Source of the DNA: an archaeon
GTDB taxonomy: Archaea > Iainarchaeota > Iainarchaeia > Iainarchaeales > JANQMZ01
DNA: 32,000 bases
Direction of reading: 5' to 3'
NCBI GenBank assembly: GCA_028279805.1
Contig: JANQMZ010000007.1
Location: 660,001-692,000, forward strand
In this document: piece by piece, positions 16,218 to 25,500 of the stretch
Layout: the number at the start of each line of letters is the position of its first letter
How positions within the stretch are numbered: position 1 is the first letter of the stretch
Made by a program: the position numbers and the translations under genes
Notes under the pieces: generated by a model
The model's database searches: none
What the model was told of the DNA's origin: nothing
Seen by the model: the letters and a program-made list of their open reading frames with translations, nothing else

Positions 16218-16589
16218 ATGTTTAAAAAAGTGTCACAATTAAAACCTGGAAATTATATTTTAATTGAGGGTAATGCGTGCAGAATTAAAAATATTGAAAA
16301 ATCCAAGCCGGGAAGGCACGGAGCAGCAAAAGCCCGTATTTCCGCCACAGGGGTTTTTGACAATCAGAAAAGAAATTTGTTAAGACCCACATCAGCCGAT
16401 GCTGAAATTCCTGTAATGAAAAAAGCTGCAGCACAAGTTGTGGCTGTAATGGGTGATACTGTTCAGATAATGGACAAGGAAAATTATCAGACTTTTGATG
16501 TTAAAAAACCGGATTTTAATGTTGAATCAGGAAAAGAAATTGAATATATGCAATACGGTCAAAATGTTTTGATTGTTAAAGAAAAATAA
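16218..16589 (+). CDS. Translation initiation factor aIF5A, hypusine-site Lys replaced by Arg
   Basis: FKKVSQLKPGNYILIEGNACRIKNIEKSKPGRHGAAKARISATGVFDNQKR...VVAVMGDTVQIMDKENYQTFDV; true ATG at 16218, not 16203. Confidence 0.93.
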   Translation: MFKKVSQLKPGNYILIEGNACRIKNIEKSKPGRHGAAKARISATGVFDNQKRNLLRPTSADAEIPVMKKAAAQVVAVMGDTVQIMDKENYQTFDVKKPDFNVESGKEIEYMQYGQNVLIVKEK

Positions 16590-16594
16590 TTTTT

Positions 16595-16873
16595 ATGTTT
16601 CAATTAAAAAATTTTACTGGAAGGATTTGTTCAGGAAGAACAGGTTATGAATTTTTGCCGCAAAATTCAACCCAACTAAACCTGGAAGAATTGTCAAAAA
16701 AGTTAAACAAAAAAGGAGTTTTTGTTGAAATTGAAACTCCTGACATGCTTTTAATTGATTTTAAAGGCAACGATATCAGCATTTTTAAAACTGGAAAAAT
16801 TTTAATCAAAAACATTGCATCAGAAGCAGAAGCAAAAAAAATTGCAAACCTTTTAATGCAATCCTTAAAATAA
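16595..16873 (+). CDS. Small uncharacterised protein with TBP-repeat-like C-terminal half
   Basis: MLLIDFKGNDISIFKTGKILIKNIASEAEAKKIANLLMQSLK resembles half of a TBP repeat (IFxSGKIVITGxxSEEEA). Confidence 0.5.
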   Translation: MFQLKNFTGRICSGRTGYEFLPQNSTQLNLEELSKKLNKKGVFVEIETPDMLLIDFKGNDISIFKTGKILIKNIASEAEAKKIANLLMQSLK

Positions 16874-16948
16874 CAATTTTGCTTCAAAACAAACCCTTAA
16901 ATATTGTTTTTGCTTAATTTACTAAAATTTACTTTCAGGAGGGATTCA

Positions 16949-17617
16949 ATGGTTGACTATGTGGAAGCAATAAAAAAACCTTTTAGTGATGTTAAAACAT
17001 TGGTTTTAGGTTCAGTTATTGCAGCAATTCCGTTGCTTGGCTTGTATGTTGGCGGTTATGCTTTAAATTCGGCTTCATGGGAATTAAAAGGAAAAAAACA
17101 ATTGCCCAGTTTAGGCGATGATGTAAGCGGCAACATAATGAAACTAGTAATGGGTTTAATTATAGGCATAGTTTATGCTTTACCGGCATTTGTTCTGTTT
17201 TTCATCGGAGGAGGAGCAGTTTTATTAGGTGCATTTGGTGCAGGAGCAACTCAGGATCCAAGTGTTTTCATTAACGCTTTAACCAGCGGAGGTCCAATGC
17301 TTTTGGTCGGAGCAATACTTGCAGTTATTGCAGGATTCATTTCTCCGATTGCAGTAATGAGTTATCTGAGTAAGGGAACATTAAGTGCTGCTTTTGCTTT
17401 TGGTGAAGTAATAAGAAAAGCTTTTACCGGAACTTACATTGTAACATGGATTTTTGCAGTTGTATGGTCATTAATTTTTTCAGCAATTACAAGTGCAATA
17501 ATTATTGCAACATCTGTAACAATAATTGTGCCATTTTTATTGTCAGGATTCATTAACTACATTTTACTCGTATCAGTTTACTCAATGTACGCACAAGCAT
17601 TCAAGGAGATCAAATAA
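16949..17617 (+). CDS. DUF4013-like multi-pass membrane protein
   Basis: MVDYVEAIKKPFSDVKTLVLGSVIAAIPLLG...; CAGGAGGG ribosome-binding-like sequence upstream of ATG 16949. Confidence 0.65.
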   Translation: MVDYVEAIKKPFSDVKTLVLGSVIAAIPLLGLYVGGYALNSASWELKGKKQLPSLGDDVSGNIMKLVMGLIIGIVYALPAFVLFFIGGGAVLLGAFGAGATQDPSVFINALTSGGPMLLVGAILAVIAGFISPIAVMSYLSKGTLSAAFAFGEVIRKAFTGTYIVTWIFAVVWSLIFSAITSAIIIATSVTIIVPFLLSGFINYILLVSVYSMYAQAFKEIK

Positions 17618-17640
17618 TCTCCTTCTTTATTTTTCTTTTT

Positions 17641-18525
17641 CTACATTTTTCTTAATTTTTTAATTCTTTCTTCTATTGGCGGGTGAGTTGCAAACAAGTT
17701 ATTCAAAAAACTTGGCGTATTTTTTAACGGGTTAGAAATAAACAAATGCGATGTGGCTTTGTTTGCAGACTTTAAAGGCTTATTGTCTTGTGAAATTTTT
17801 TCCAAAGCAGATGCCAACCCCTCCGGATATCTTGTCAATAGTGCTCCAGAAGCATCAGCCAAATATTCTCTTTGTCTTGACACTGCCAATTTTATTATTG
17901 TTGCAACAATCGGCGTTAAAATAGCCAAAACCAAACCCAAAACCAATGCGATGGCTGTTGCCCTGCCATCCCTTCTCCCTCCAAAGCTTCCCCAAAAAAA
18001 TGAACGCAGAATAAAATCACTCAGCAAAGCTGTTACTCCGACCAAAACTGTTATAATGCTCATAAACCGAATATCATAATTGCCAATATGGCTCATTTCA
18101 TGGGCAATAACTCCTTCCAGTTCCTGTTTATTCAGTTTTTTCATTAAACCAGTTGTCACACAAATAACACCATTTTCAGGGTTTCTGCCAGTTGCAAAAG
18201 CATTTAATGCATCTGAGTCAATCACATAACATTTTGGTTTTGGCAATCCCGCAGCAATAGCCAAACCCTCAACGGTGTGATACAAGAATGCTTCATTTTT
18301 TCTGTCAACAGGCCTTGCTTTGCTTATTCTCAGAACAAGTTTATCGGAATAATAATATGAGCCCCAAACCATTGCCAACGCGATTATCGTGGCAATAATT
18401 ATTCCAAAAGTGCTGCTTCCAAACAGTAAACCAAAAACCCAGCCTAATCCTATTATTAAAATTATAAAAAATAATGATAATAGAATGCTGTTTCTTTTGT
18501 TTGATGAAATTCTGTCATAAATCAT
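17641..18525 (-). CDS. htpX: HtpX-family membrane zinc metalloprotease
   Basis: HEMSHIGNYD zinc motif; VEGLAIAAGLPKPKCYVIDSDALNAFATGRNPENGVICVTTG; DASGALLTRYPEGLASALEKI; THPPIEERIKKL. Confidence 0.95.
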   Translation of the reverse strand: MIYDRISSNKRNSILLSLFFIILIIGLGWVFGLLFGSSTFGIIIATIIALAMVWGSYYYSDKLVLRISKARPVDRKNEAFLYHTVEGLAIAAGLPKPKCYVIDSDALNAFATGRNPENGVICVTTGLMKKLNKQELEGVIAHEMSHIGNYDIRFMSIITVLVGVTALLSDFILRSFFWGSFGGRRDGRATAIALVLGLVLAILTPIVATIIKLAVSRQREYLADASGALLTRYPEGLASALEKISQDNKPLKSANKATSHLFISNPLKNTPSFLNNLFATHPPIEERIKKLRKM

Positions 18526-18531
18526 TTTTTA

Positions 18532-19089
18532 TCAAAATGAAACTTTTGGAACAGTTTTTTCTGCTTCATCCATTTCAAAATATTCTTCCTGTCCAAATCC
18601 GAACATTTGGGCAAAAATATTGTTTGGAAAAACCTGAATTCCGTTATTGTAATTTAAAACAGAATCATTGTAAAACTGTCTTGCATAAGCTATTTTGTTT
18701 TCAATTCCTGACAATTCTTCCTGCAAATTTAAAAAATTTGCACTTGCTTTTAAGTCAGGATAAGCTTCGGCTACAGCAAACAATGATTTTAATGCAGATG
18801 TTAACATGTTGTTTGCATTTGCATTTTCTTCAACTGTTCCCGCATTAACCAATGCCGATCTTGCTTTTGTTACATTTTCAAAAACACTTTTTTCATGTTT
18901 TGCATAACCTTTAACTGTTTCAATTAAATTGGGAATCAGATTTGTTCTTTTTTTTAACTGAACATCAATCTGGCTCCATGCATTTTTAACCCTGTTGCGC
19001 CTGATAATCAAAGAATTAAAAATTGATATTACAATTATTCCCAGAACAACCAGAATTGCTACGGGAATCCAAAAACCCAGAGAACTCAA
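18532..19089 (-). CDS. lemA: LemA family protein
   Basis: [55 protein letters not shown]...[42 protein letters not shown]. Confidence 0.95.
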   Translation of the reverse strand: MSSLGFWIPVAILVVLGIIVISIFNSLIIRRNRVKNAWSQIDVQLKKRTNLIPNLIETVKGYAKHEKSVFENVTKARSALVNAGTVEENANANNMLTSALKSLFAVAEAYPDLKASANFLNLQEELSGIENKIAYARQFYNDSVLNYNNGIQVFPNNIFAQMFGFGQEEYFEMDEAEKTVPKVSF

Positions 19090-19128
19090 AAAATCACCTA
19101 TTTAATTCTGCTCTGATTTGTTTTTAAA

Positions 19129-20598
19129 TTAATCCAATTTTTGAAATAACACATTCCCTTTACTTGTTTTTGCTTCCTGCGTCAAATCAAATCTGCACTC
19201 CTGCAGGCTTTTTCCTTCAACGCCAAGCTGTTTTTGAATTTCTTTAGAACTTGCAGGAATAAAAGGCCATAACAAAATACTGATAATTCTTAAAGAGTCA
19301 GCCAAACTGTACAAAACATTTTCCCTGTTTTGCTCATTTTCCCATGGTTTTTTGTCATTAATGAATTTGTTGCATTCTTTTACAAAACCCATTATTTGTC
19401 CGAGAGCCAGATGCAGTTCAAATTTGTTCATATGATTCCTGATTTGATCCAGCTTTAATGCTTTTTTTAACTGTTCATCTGTTTTGCCTTTTGGAATTTT
19501 TCCATCAGAATACCTTTCAATCATTGAAATTGTCCTGTTTAACAGGTTCCCCAGTTCATTGGCTAATTCATTGTTATTCCGCTCTTTTAATGCTTTTTCT
19601 GAGAAAAAGCCGTCCTCGCCAAAAGGAATTTCTCTGACCAAAAAGTAACGAATTGAATCCAGTTCATATTTTTTAACCAAGGCAAAAGGGTCAATCACAT
19701 TGCCTTTGCTTTTGCTCATTTTTTCCCCTGAATCCGTGTTAATAAAGCCATGAACCAAAACTGTTTTTGCAGGTTCAATGTCTGCCGCCATTAAAATTGC
19801 AGGCCAGATTACACTGTGAAACCATAAAATGTCTTTTCCTATTACATGCGCATCAGCAGGCCAGAATTTTTCAAATTTTTTATCCGGGTAATCAATTCCG
19901 GAAATATAATTGGTTAAGGCGTCCAGCCAGACATACAATACATGTTTCTGGTTTATGGGAAGCTTGATTCCCCAGTCAAAACTTGTTCTTGAAATGCTCA
20001 AATCCTTTAATTCTTTTTTAACCCTGTTAACAATTTCTTTTTGCTTTTTTTTTGGCAGAATTGATTCATTTTTTTCCAAATATTTTAACAAAGGTTCCTT
20101 AAATTCTGATAATTTGAAAAAATAACTGTCTTCCTCAATTTCTTCAGGCTTTGTTTTATGAATCGGGCACAAACCATTTTGCAAATCTTTTTTTTGATAA
20201 AAAGCTTCACAATCAGAACAGTACAAACCAACATATTTGTCCAGATAAATTAATTTTTTTTGATTTATTTTGTCAAAAATCTGCAAAACAACTTTTTCAT
20301 GTCTTTTTTCCGTTGTTCTGATAAAATCATTATTGCTAATGTTCCACGCTTTGCATAATTCTTCAAATTTTTTGGCCTGCACATCCACAAATTTTTCAGG
20401 TTTTAATTTTGCTTTTTCTGCAGCTTTTTGAATTTTTTGACCGTGTTCATCTGTGCCTGTTAAAAAAAATGTGTCTTTGCCTTCAAGTGTTTTCCAACGC
20501 GCAATTACATCTGTCACAAGCTTTTCATAAGCATGTCCCATGTGAGGGTTTCCTGACGGATAATCTATTGCGGTTGTTATGTAAAATTTTTCACTCAT
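19129..20598 (-). CDS. metG: Methionyl-tRNA synthetase (true start MSEKFYITT at 20598)
   Basis: YPSGNPHMGHAYEKLVTDVIARWK; knuckle CSDCEAFY..LCPIH; KMSKSKGN motif; no C-terminal dimerisation domain. Confidence 0.95.
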   Translation of the reverse strand: MSEKFYITTAIDYPSGNPHMGHAYEKLVTDVIARWKTLEGKDTFFLTGTDEHGQKIQKAAEKAKLKPEKFVDVQAKKFEELCKAWNISNNDFIRTTEKRHEKVVLQIFDKINQKKLIYLDKYVGLYCSDCEAFYQKKDLQNGLCPIHKTKPEEIEEDSYFFKLSEFKEPLLKYLEKNESILPKKKQKEIVNRVKKELKDLSISRTSFDWGIKLPINQKHVLYVWLDALTNYISGIDYPDKKFEKFWPADAHVIGKDILWFHSVIWPAILMAADIEPAKTVLVHGFINTDSGEKMSKSKGNVIDPFALVKKYELDSIRYFLVREIPFGEDGFFSEKALKERNNNELANELGNLLNRTISMIERYSDGKIPKGKTDEQLKKALKLDQIRNHMNKFELHLALGQIMGFVKECNKFINDKKPWENEQNRENVLYSLADSLRIISILLWPFIPASSKEIQKQLGVEGKSLQECRFDLTQEAKTSKGNVLFQKLD

Positions 20599-20620
20599 AA
20601 AACATTTTTCCCGTAAAACC

Positions 20621-20635
20621 AATAAAAGCTTTTTT
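20621..20635 (-). promoter_or_regulatory. Probable core promoter of metG
   Basis: AAAAAGCTTTTATT (minus strand), ~25-30 nt upstream of the metG ATG. Confidence 0.5.
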
Positions 20636-20844
20636 CCTTTTTTTTTCAAAAAACCGGTTCTGAAAACCAATTATATTTTTTGTTATTGTTTGAATACTTA
20701 ACTCTTCCCTGTTAAATAAATTTAACATATCAGTATATAGTTTTCCGAGCACACGCTCCTGACACAATTTCTCGATACACATTCAAAAGTCAGTGGAAAT
20801 TTACTTCCCAAACTGCCTTTTAAAAGTATGAAAATGGTATATTT

Positions 20845-22947
20845 ATGGTTAGTTCTATCGGAGCGGAAAAAGTCTCAGAAAGCCCTTTTGTGTCAAAATA
20901 CCAGGCTTTTCTGGATTCAAGCTATAAAAAGGAAATTGAAAGGCTGGCTGAACATTACCCCCAGAAACGTTCCCTTAATGTCAATTTTCAGGATTTGGAA
21001 AAATTTGACTATGAATTGGCGGATTCTTTGTTAAGAGATCCTGACACTCATTTGGAGGCTTTGCAGGAATCTGTTGAAAGAATTAATATTCCTTTGCTTG
21101 ATGAACAGGATTTTAAGCCGCATGTTCGTTTTTTTAATTTGCCTGCTGATGCGTGCCCTTTAATCAGAAACCTGGGAGTAGACAGTTTAAGAAAAATGGT
21201 TCAGATTGACGGTGTAATAAAACAAATAACCGACATTATGCCTAAAATTAAAAATTCAACATGGGAATGTCTGGCATGCGGCAATACTTATAAAATTGCC
21301 CAAAAAGAACATGCAATTAACAAGCCTCATATGTGTGAATGCAAAAGCCGTGAATTTAAACTCATTGTGGAAGACTCCGATTACATTGATTATCAAAAAA
21401 TTTTGGTTCAGGAACCTTTGGAATTGTTAAAAGGGAATGAACAGCCAAGCACTTTTGAAGTTCATGTTTATGATGATTTAGTTAACATGGTTACAGCGGG
21501 AGACAGAATTAAAATAACAGGAATTTTAAGATTAAGACCAAGCAAAAAAAACAAACTTGTTTTTGAAAGATTTTTAGAATCAAATTTTTTGGAAAAAACA
21601 GAGGAAAAATTTGAAGAATTGGAAATTTTGCCTGAAGAAAAAGAAAAAATTGAAGAATTGTCAAAAGACCCTTTAATTTATGACAAACTGATTCAAAGTT
21701 TGGCTCCTACAATTTATGGCCATGATGATGTCAAAGAAGCAATAATAATGCAGTTGTTTGGAGGTGTAAAAAAAGTTTTACCGGATGACCAGAAAATAAG
21801 GGGAAATGTTCATGTTTTGCTTGTCGGTGACCCGGGAGCCGCAAAATCAATGATGTTAATGGCAGTGGACCGAGTTGCTCCAAAAAGTGTTTATACATCC
21901 GGAAAAACAACAACCGGTGCAGGAATATCTGCAACAGCTGTTAAGGATGAATTTGGTGAGGGAGGCTGGACTTTAAAAGCGGGAGCATTAGTTTTGGCTT
22001 CAGGCGGTTTGGCTTTAATTGACGAATTTGATAAAATGGATACACAGGACCGTTCGGCGTTACATGAAAGCCTTGAACAGCAGACAATTTCTGTTGCAAA
22101 AGCAGGCATTGTTACAAGGTTTAAAACTGAGACAAGTGTTTTGGCTGCTGCAAACCCTAAAAATGCAAGGTTTGATCCAATGGATGATCTGATTAACCAG
22201 ATTGATTTGCCTGTCACTTTGATGTCAAGATTTGACTTGTTTTTTATTATCCGGGATGAACTGGACAGAACCAAGGACAAAAATATTGCTGAACATATTT
22301 TAAAAAACCATAAAAGCGGTGAAAATTTTGCACAATCCAAAAAAACAGGAAAATCTTTAACAAAAGAAGAACAGGAAACACTGGAATCTTTGCTTCCTCC
22401 AATTGAACCTGAACTGTTAAAAAAATATATTTCTTATGCCCGTCAAAATGTTTTTCCGGTTTTGTCAAAAGAAGCAATTAAAGCAATTTCAGATTTTTAT
22501 ATTGAGTTAAGGGACCGAGGCAGGGAAGAAGGGCAGTATGCTGCGACTCACAGGCAACTTGAAGGCTTGATAAGATTAAGTGAGGCTTCTGCAAGAGTCA
22601 GATTGGCTGATGAAGTTAAAAAATCGGATGCTGAAAGGGCTATTCGATTATTAAAAGATTCACTTGAAAAAGCGTTTACTGACCGAGAAACAGACAGGCT
22701 TGATATTGATATTCTTACAACAGGCAAAAGCCATTCAAAAAGACAGACAATGAAAGAAATTATGAAAATTGTAAGGGATATTACAAAGGAAGAGGACACT
22801 GCGGTTATTGAGAAAGTTGTATCCGAAGCTGACAAGCTTGGAATAGATGAGGACAGGGCAAGAGATGCCATTAATGATTTGTTAAAACAAGGCGATTTAT
22901 ACAAACCTCCGGAAGGGCAGGGAAGAGCTGTTAAACCGGTTGATTAA
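20845..22947 (+). CDS. mcm: Replicative minichromosome maintenance helicase MCM
   Basis: Zn-binding WECLACGNTY...HMCEC; Walker A GDPGAAKSMML; LIDEFDKMDTQDRSALHE; arginine finger SRFDLFF; no intein interruption. Confidence 0.95.
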   Translation: MVSSIGAEKVSESPFVSKYQAFLDSSYKKEIERLAEHYPQKRSLNVNFQDLEKFDYELADSLLRDPDTHLEALQESVERINIPLLDEQDFKPHVRFFNLPADACPLIRNLGVDSLRKMVQIDGVIKQITDIMPKIKNSTWECLACGNTYKIAQKEHAINKPHMCECKSREFKLIVEDSDYIDYQKILVQEPLELLKGNEQPSTFEVHVYDDLVNMVTAGDRIKITGILRLRPSKKNKLVFERFLESNFLEKTEEKFEELEILPEEKEKIEELSKDPLIYDKLIQSLAPTIYGHDDVKEAIIMQLFGGVKKVLPDDQKIRGNVHVLLVGDPGAAKSMMLMAVDRVAPKSVYTSGKTTTGAGISATAVKDEFGEGGWTLKAGALVLASGGLALIDEFDKMDTQDRSALHESLEQQTISVAKAGIVTRFKTETSVLAAANPKNARFDPMDDLINQIDLPVTLMSRFDLFFIIRDELDRTKDKNIAEHILKNHKSGENFAQSKKTGKSLTKEEQETLESLLPPIEPELLKKYISYARQNVFPVLSKEAIKAISDFYIELRDRGREEGQYAATHRQLEGLIRLSEASARVRLADEVKKSDAERAIRLLKDSLEKAFTDRETDRLDIDILTTGKSHSKRQTMKEIMKIVRDITKEEDTAVIEKVVSEADKLGIDEDRARDAINDLLKQGDLYKPPEGQGRAVKPVD

Positions 22948-23309
22948 ACAAAAATAACCTGAACGTTTGCTTCTTCAAATTTTGTTTTCTCTGTAATCGT
23001 GTTTTCCGCTTTTTTTATTTCTGTTTCAAGTTCACCATTTTGAAAACCGTTTATTGTTATTTTAATATTTACAGAATTTTTTCCCTCAGAATTTTGAAAA
23101 AATTCGGGGTCATCAATTTTTTCAATAAAATAAAAATCGTTTTGTTTTTGCAGTTCTTTTAATGTATGATTTTTTAACAAAATCATTGAAAAAGTTGTAT
23201 CTGACACGTTAAAAAATTTTCCCAAAACAAGCGTTGCCATTATAAAAATTATTGACATTATTATCAGAAATTCAACTGAAGCCTGTCCCTTATTCTGTTG
23301 CCTGAACAT
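22944..23309 (-). CDS. Class III signal peptide pilin-like protein
   Basis: MFRQQNKGQASVEFLIIMSIIFIMATLVLG. Confidence 0.75.
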   Translation of the reverse strand: MFRQQNKGQASVEFLIIMSIIFIMATLVLGKFFNVSDTTFSMILLKNHTLKELQKQNDFYFIEKIDDPEFFQNSEGKNSVNIKITINGFQNGELETEIKKAENTITEKTKFEEANVQVIFV

Positions 23310-23781
23310 TTATTTGTTCTCCTGTTTTGGAAATAATTATTTTTGCTTTAGGAGTTTCGTTTCCGTTTAAAATGGTAAAACAACTGTTTAAAGAATAATT
23401 TAATTTTATGTTTCCCCTGCATCTTTGAATCTCCCCGTTTTCATCCTGTTCGTATGAACATGATTCAACTTCAGCAGGATTTTCTAATTCTATTACATAA
23501 TCAATTTTTTTCCCCAAAACATCACAATCAATTGATGATTTTTCAGGCACAAAAACCCAGAACGTTTTTTTGCTGTCTCCGCTTAAAGAACCAATTTCAT
23601 TAATATTGTCTGCAATAATGTTTGCATGCTGAATGTTTTGAGCAACTCTTTTTGTATCAAGCAAAGCGGTTGAAGAATTTTGCAAAGCGGGATTTATCAC
23701 AGTAAAAAGGTAAATAAGCATTATCAGTATGATTAAAAGGAATTCAATGGATGTCTGTCCTTTTATATTAAAAACTGCCAT
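23290..23781 (-). CDS. Class III signal peptide pilin-like protein
   Basis: MAVFNIKGQTSIEFLLIILIMLIYLF; four Cys. Confidence 0.75.
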   Translation of the reverse strand: MAVFNIKGQTSIEFLLIILIMLIYLFTVINPALQNSSTALLDTKRVAQNIQHANIIADNINEIGSLSGDSKKTFWVFVPEKSSIDCDVLGKKIDYVIELENPAEVESCSYEQDENGEIQRCRGNIKLNYSLNSCFTILNGNETPKAKIIISKTGEQINVQATE

Positions 23782-24869
23782 AAAACATCTCCGACCAAAT
23801 TTAGCATTACATATCCTATTAATATTGCTGGTGCCAATGGTGCTGATTTTTTTAACATTATTGTGTTTTTTAATTTTTTTTCTTTCACCAGTCTTTTCAA
23901 AATTTTAATTTCCTCCTCTGTAACTCCTCTTGCTTTTTTTTCACTTACAACAATTTTTTCATTTTTTAATGACTGCAATTCTTTTAACCTATTTTCTTTT
24001 AAGTGTTTAATAATTGTTTTTATTCCAACAGATTTTTTTACAATTGCTTTTTTTCCTTTAATTATGATTGTCTGAGCGGGTATTTCCCCTTCTTCCAGCT
24101 GGGTTATTTTTTTTGAATAATTTAAAGCCGGTTTTCCGACAACATAAAGCTGAAAAAATGCAAACAAAAACAATGCAGATATTAATCCTGTAAAAATTTC
24201 AAACGATAAAACAAAAAGTCTTTCATAAATGCTCCATAAAAAAAATGCGTAAAAAAAATATTTTACACTTTTTGAATAATTTTTTTTAATTAAATAATTT
24301 AAAAACATCGCAAAAGCTATGCCAAGCAAAAACAATGTTCCGATGGGGTAAAAAATTTCTCCTGCAATAAGTATTGCCAAAAAGATTCCCATTTTTTTTA
24401 TTCTGTTTTTAAAATTCTGTAAAACTTTTTGCTTTAATTTTTTTTGTTTTCTCAATTCATTTAAAATTAGGAGAACTGAATACGGAAACATGGCAAAAAT
24501 TGAAAAAAACAATAAGCTTACTGTAAAAATTGGCAGAGAAATTGTTCCAAAAATTCCGGCAATATTGTTGTTAAAAGGATTTAATGCTGCGATTCCTGTG
24601 AAAAGTTTTACATCTCCTCCTGCCCAAAAACCAACTTTGTATAACAAAAAAGCCCATGTAAATGTAAAAAGTGTTGCAATTATTGAATTTGTTAAAAAAG
24701 AATAATCGTTTACAAAAAAAGAATAAATGCCATGTCCAGTCAAACCGATTGCAACCATTCCGTATGTTATTTTGTTTGAAATAATTCTTTCCTTCAAATC
24801 AGTATAACTTGCATAAATTAAGCCAATGACTGAAGTAAGGAATAAAAAAACAGGAAAAAATGCTGTCAT
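23763..24869 (-). CDS. Archaeal A24-family prepilin peptidase
   Basis: ASYTDLKERIISNKITY and GGDVKLFTG catalytic Asp motifs, multiple TMs, C-terminal soluble insert QLEEGEIPAQTIIIKGKK. Confidence 0.88.
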   Translation of the reverse strand: MTAFFPVFLFLTSVIGLIYASYTDLKERIISNKITYGMVAIGLTGHGIYSFFVNDYSFLTNSIIATLFTFTWAFLLYKVGFWAGGDVKLFTGIAALNPFNNNIAGIFGTISLPIFTVSLLFFSIFAMFPYSVLLILNELRKQKKLKQKVLQNFKNRIKKMGIFLAILIAGEIFYPIGTLFLLGIAFAMFLNYLIKKNYSKSVKYFFYAFFLWSIYERLFVLSFEIFTGLISALFLFAFFQLYVVGKPALNYSKKITQLEEGEIPAQTIIIKGKKAIVKKSVGIKTIIKHLKENRLKELQSLKNEKIVVSEKKARGVTEEEIKILKRLVKEKKLKNTIMLKKSAPLAPAILIGYVMLNLVGDVLWQFLI

Positions 24870-25048
24870 GCTCCCATTAGGGATGAAATTGTTTTATTTC
24901 TATAGTCAAGCAACTGTGTTTGTGATTCTGTTGCAATATTGTTTACAACAACAATTAATGCAGCTACAGCCAATGTTAAAAGTATTGCAAATGTAACCGT
25001 AAGCAGGTATTCAAAAGACACCTGTGCTTTTGAATCCATTTTAATCAT
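24866..25048 (-). CDS. Short class III signal peptide pilin
   Basis: MDSKAQVSFEYLLTVTFAILLTLAVAALIVVVNNIA; 60 aa. Confidence 0.75.
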   Translation of the reverse strand: MIKMDSKAQVSFEYLLTVTFAILLTLAVAALIVVVNNIATESQTQLLDYRNKTISSLMGA

Positions 25049-25332
25049 CTTACACAGTTTTGAGGATCAGCGCATGCATGACATTCTGATATTGTGTCCG
25101 CATCCAAATCCACCCATTCACAGTCTGCCACAGTATCATTGTCAACATCTGCAGCATCACACTGTACTTTTGTTTGCTTTTGGGCGCACAATGCTTCTTT
25201 TAATCCGGACTCTGTTCCCTGTTCCGCCTGTTGTTGAATTGTTGTCATAACAGTCAAAACTACAGCCGCAATTAATATTGCGCCGCCTATTAGCAACAGG
25301 TATTCTAAAGCGCCTTGTCCTTTTTTGTTCAA
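25045..25332 (-). CDS. Class III signal peptide pilin with Cys/Asp-rich C-terminus
   Basis: MNKKGQGALEYLLLIGGAILIAAVVLTVMTTI... then six Cys and DVDNDTVADC. Confidence 0.8.
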   Translation of the reverse strand: MNKKGQGALEYLLLIGGAILIAAVVLTVMTTIQQQAEQGTESGLKEALCAQKQTKVQCDAADVDNDTVADCEWVDLDADTISECHACADPQNCVR

Positions 25333-25356
25333 TTTTTTCCCTCCAATTTTTTATAA

Positions 25357-25500
25357 TTATGATGATTCTTCTTTTATTTCTTCTCCAATTGTGTTTGCGG
25401 TTGTTTTTAAGTATAATCCTATTATTGCGGTTACAAAAATTATTCCGCCTAAAATTATTAAATATTCCAAGCTGACTTGTGCTTTTTTCTCCTTAAACAT
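25357..25500 (-). CDS. 47-aa class III signal peptide pilin (absent from supplied ORF track)
   Basis: Reverse-strand translation MFKEKKAQVSLEYLIILGGIIFVTAIIGLYLKTTANTIGEEIKEESS* with KAQVSLEY motif and hydrophobic helix. Confidence 0.88.
   Translation of the reverse strand: MFKEKKAQVSLEYLIILGGIIFVTAIIGLYLKTTANTIGEEIKEESS

Noticed and set aside
20591-20782. 63-aa minus ORF between metG and mcm
   Set aside because: It covers the metG promoter and start region and the hairpins of the spacer; no domain and no similarity to known families that I recognise.
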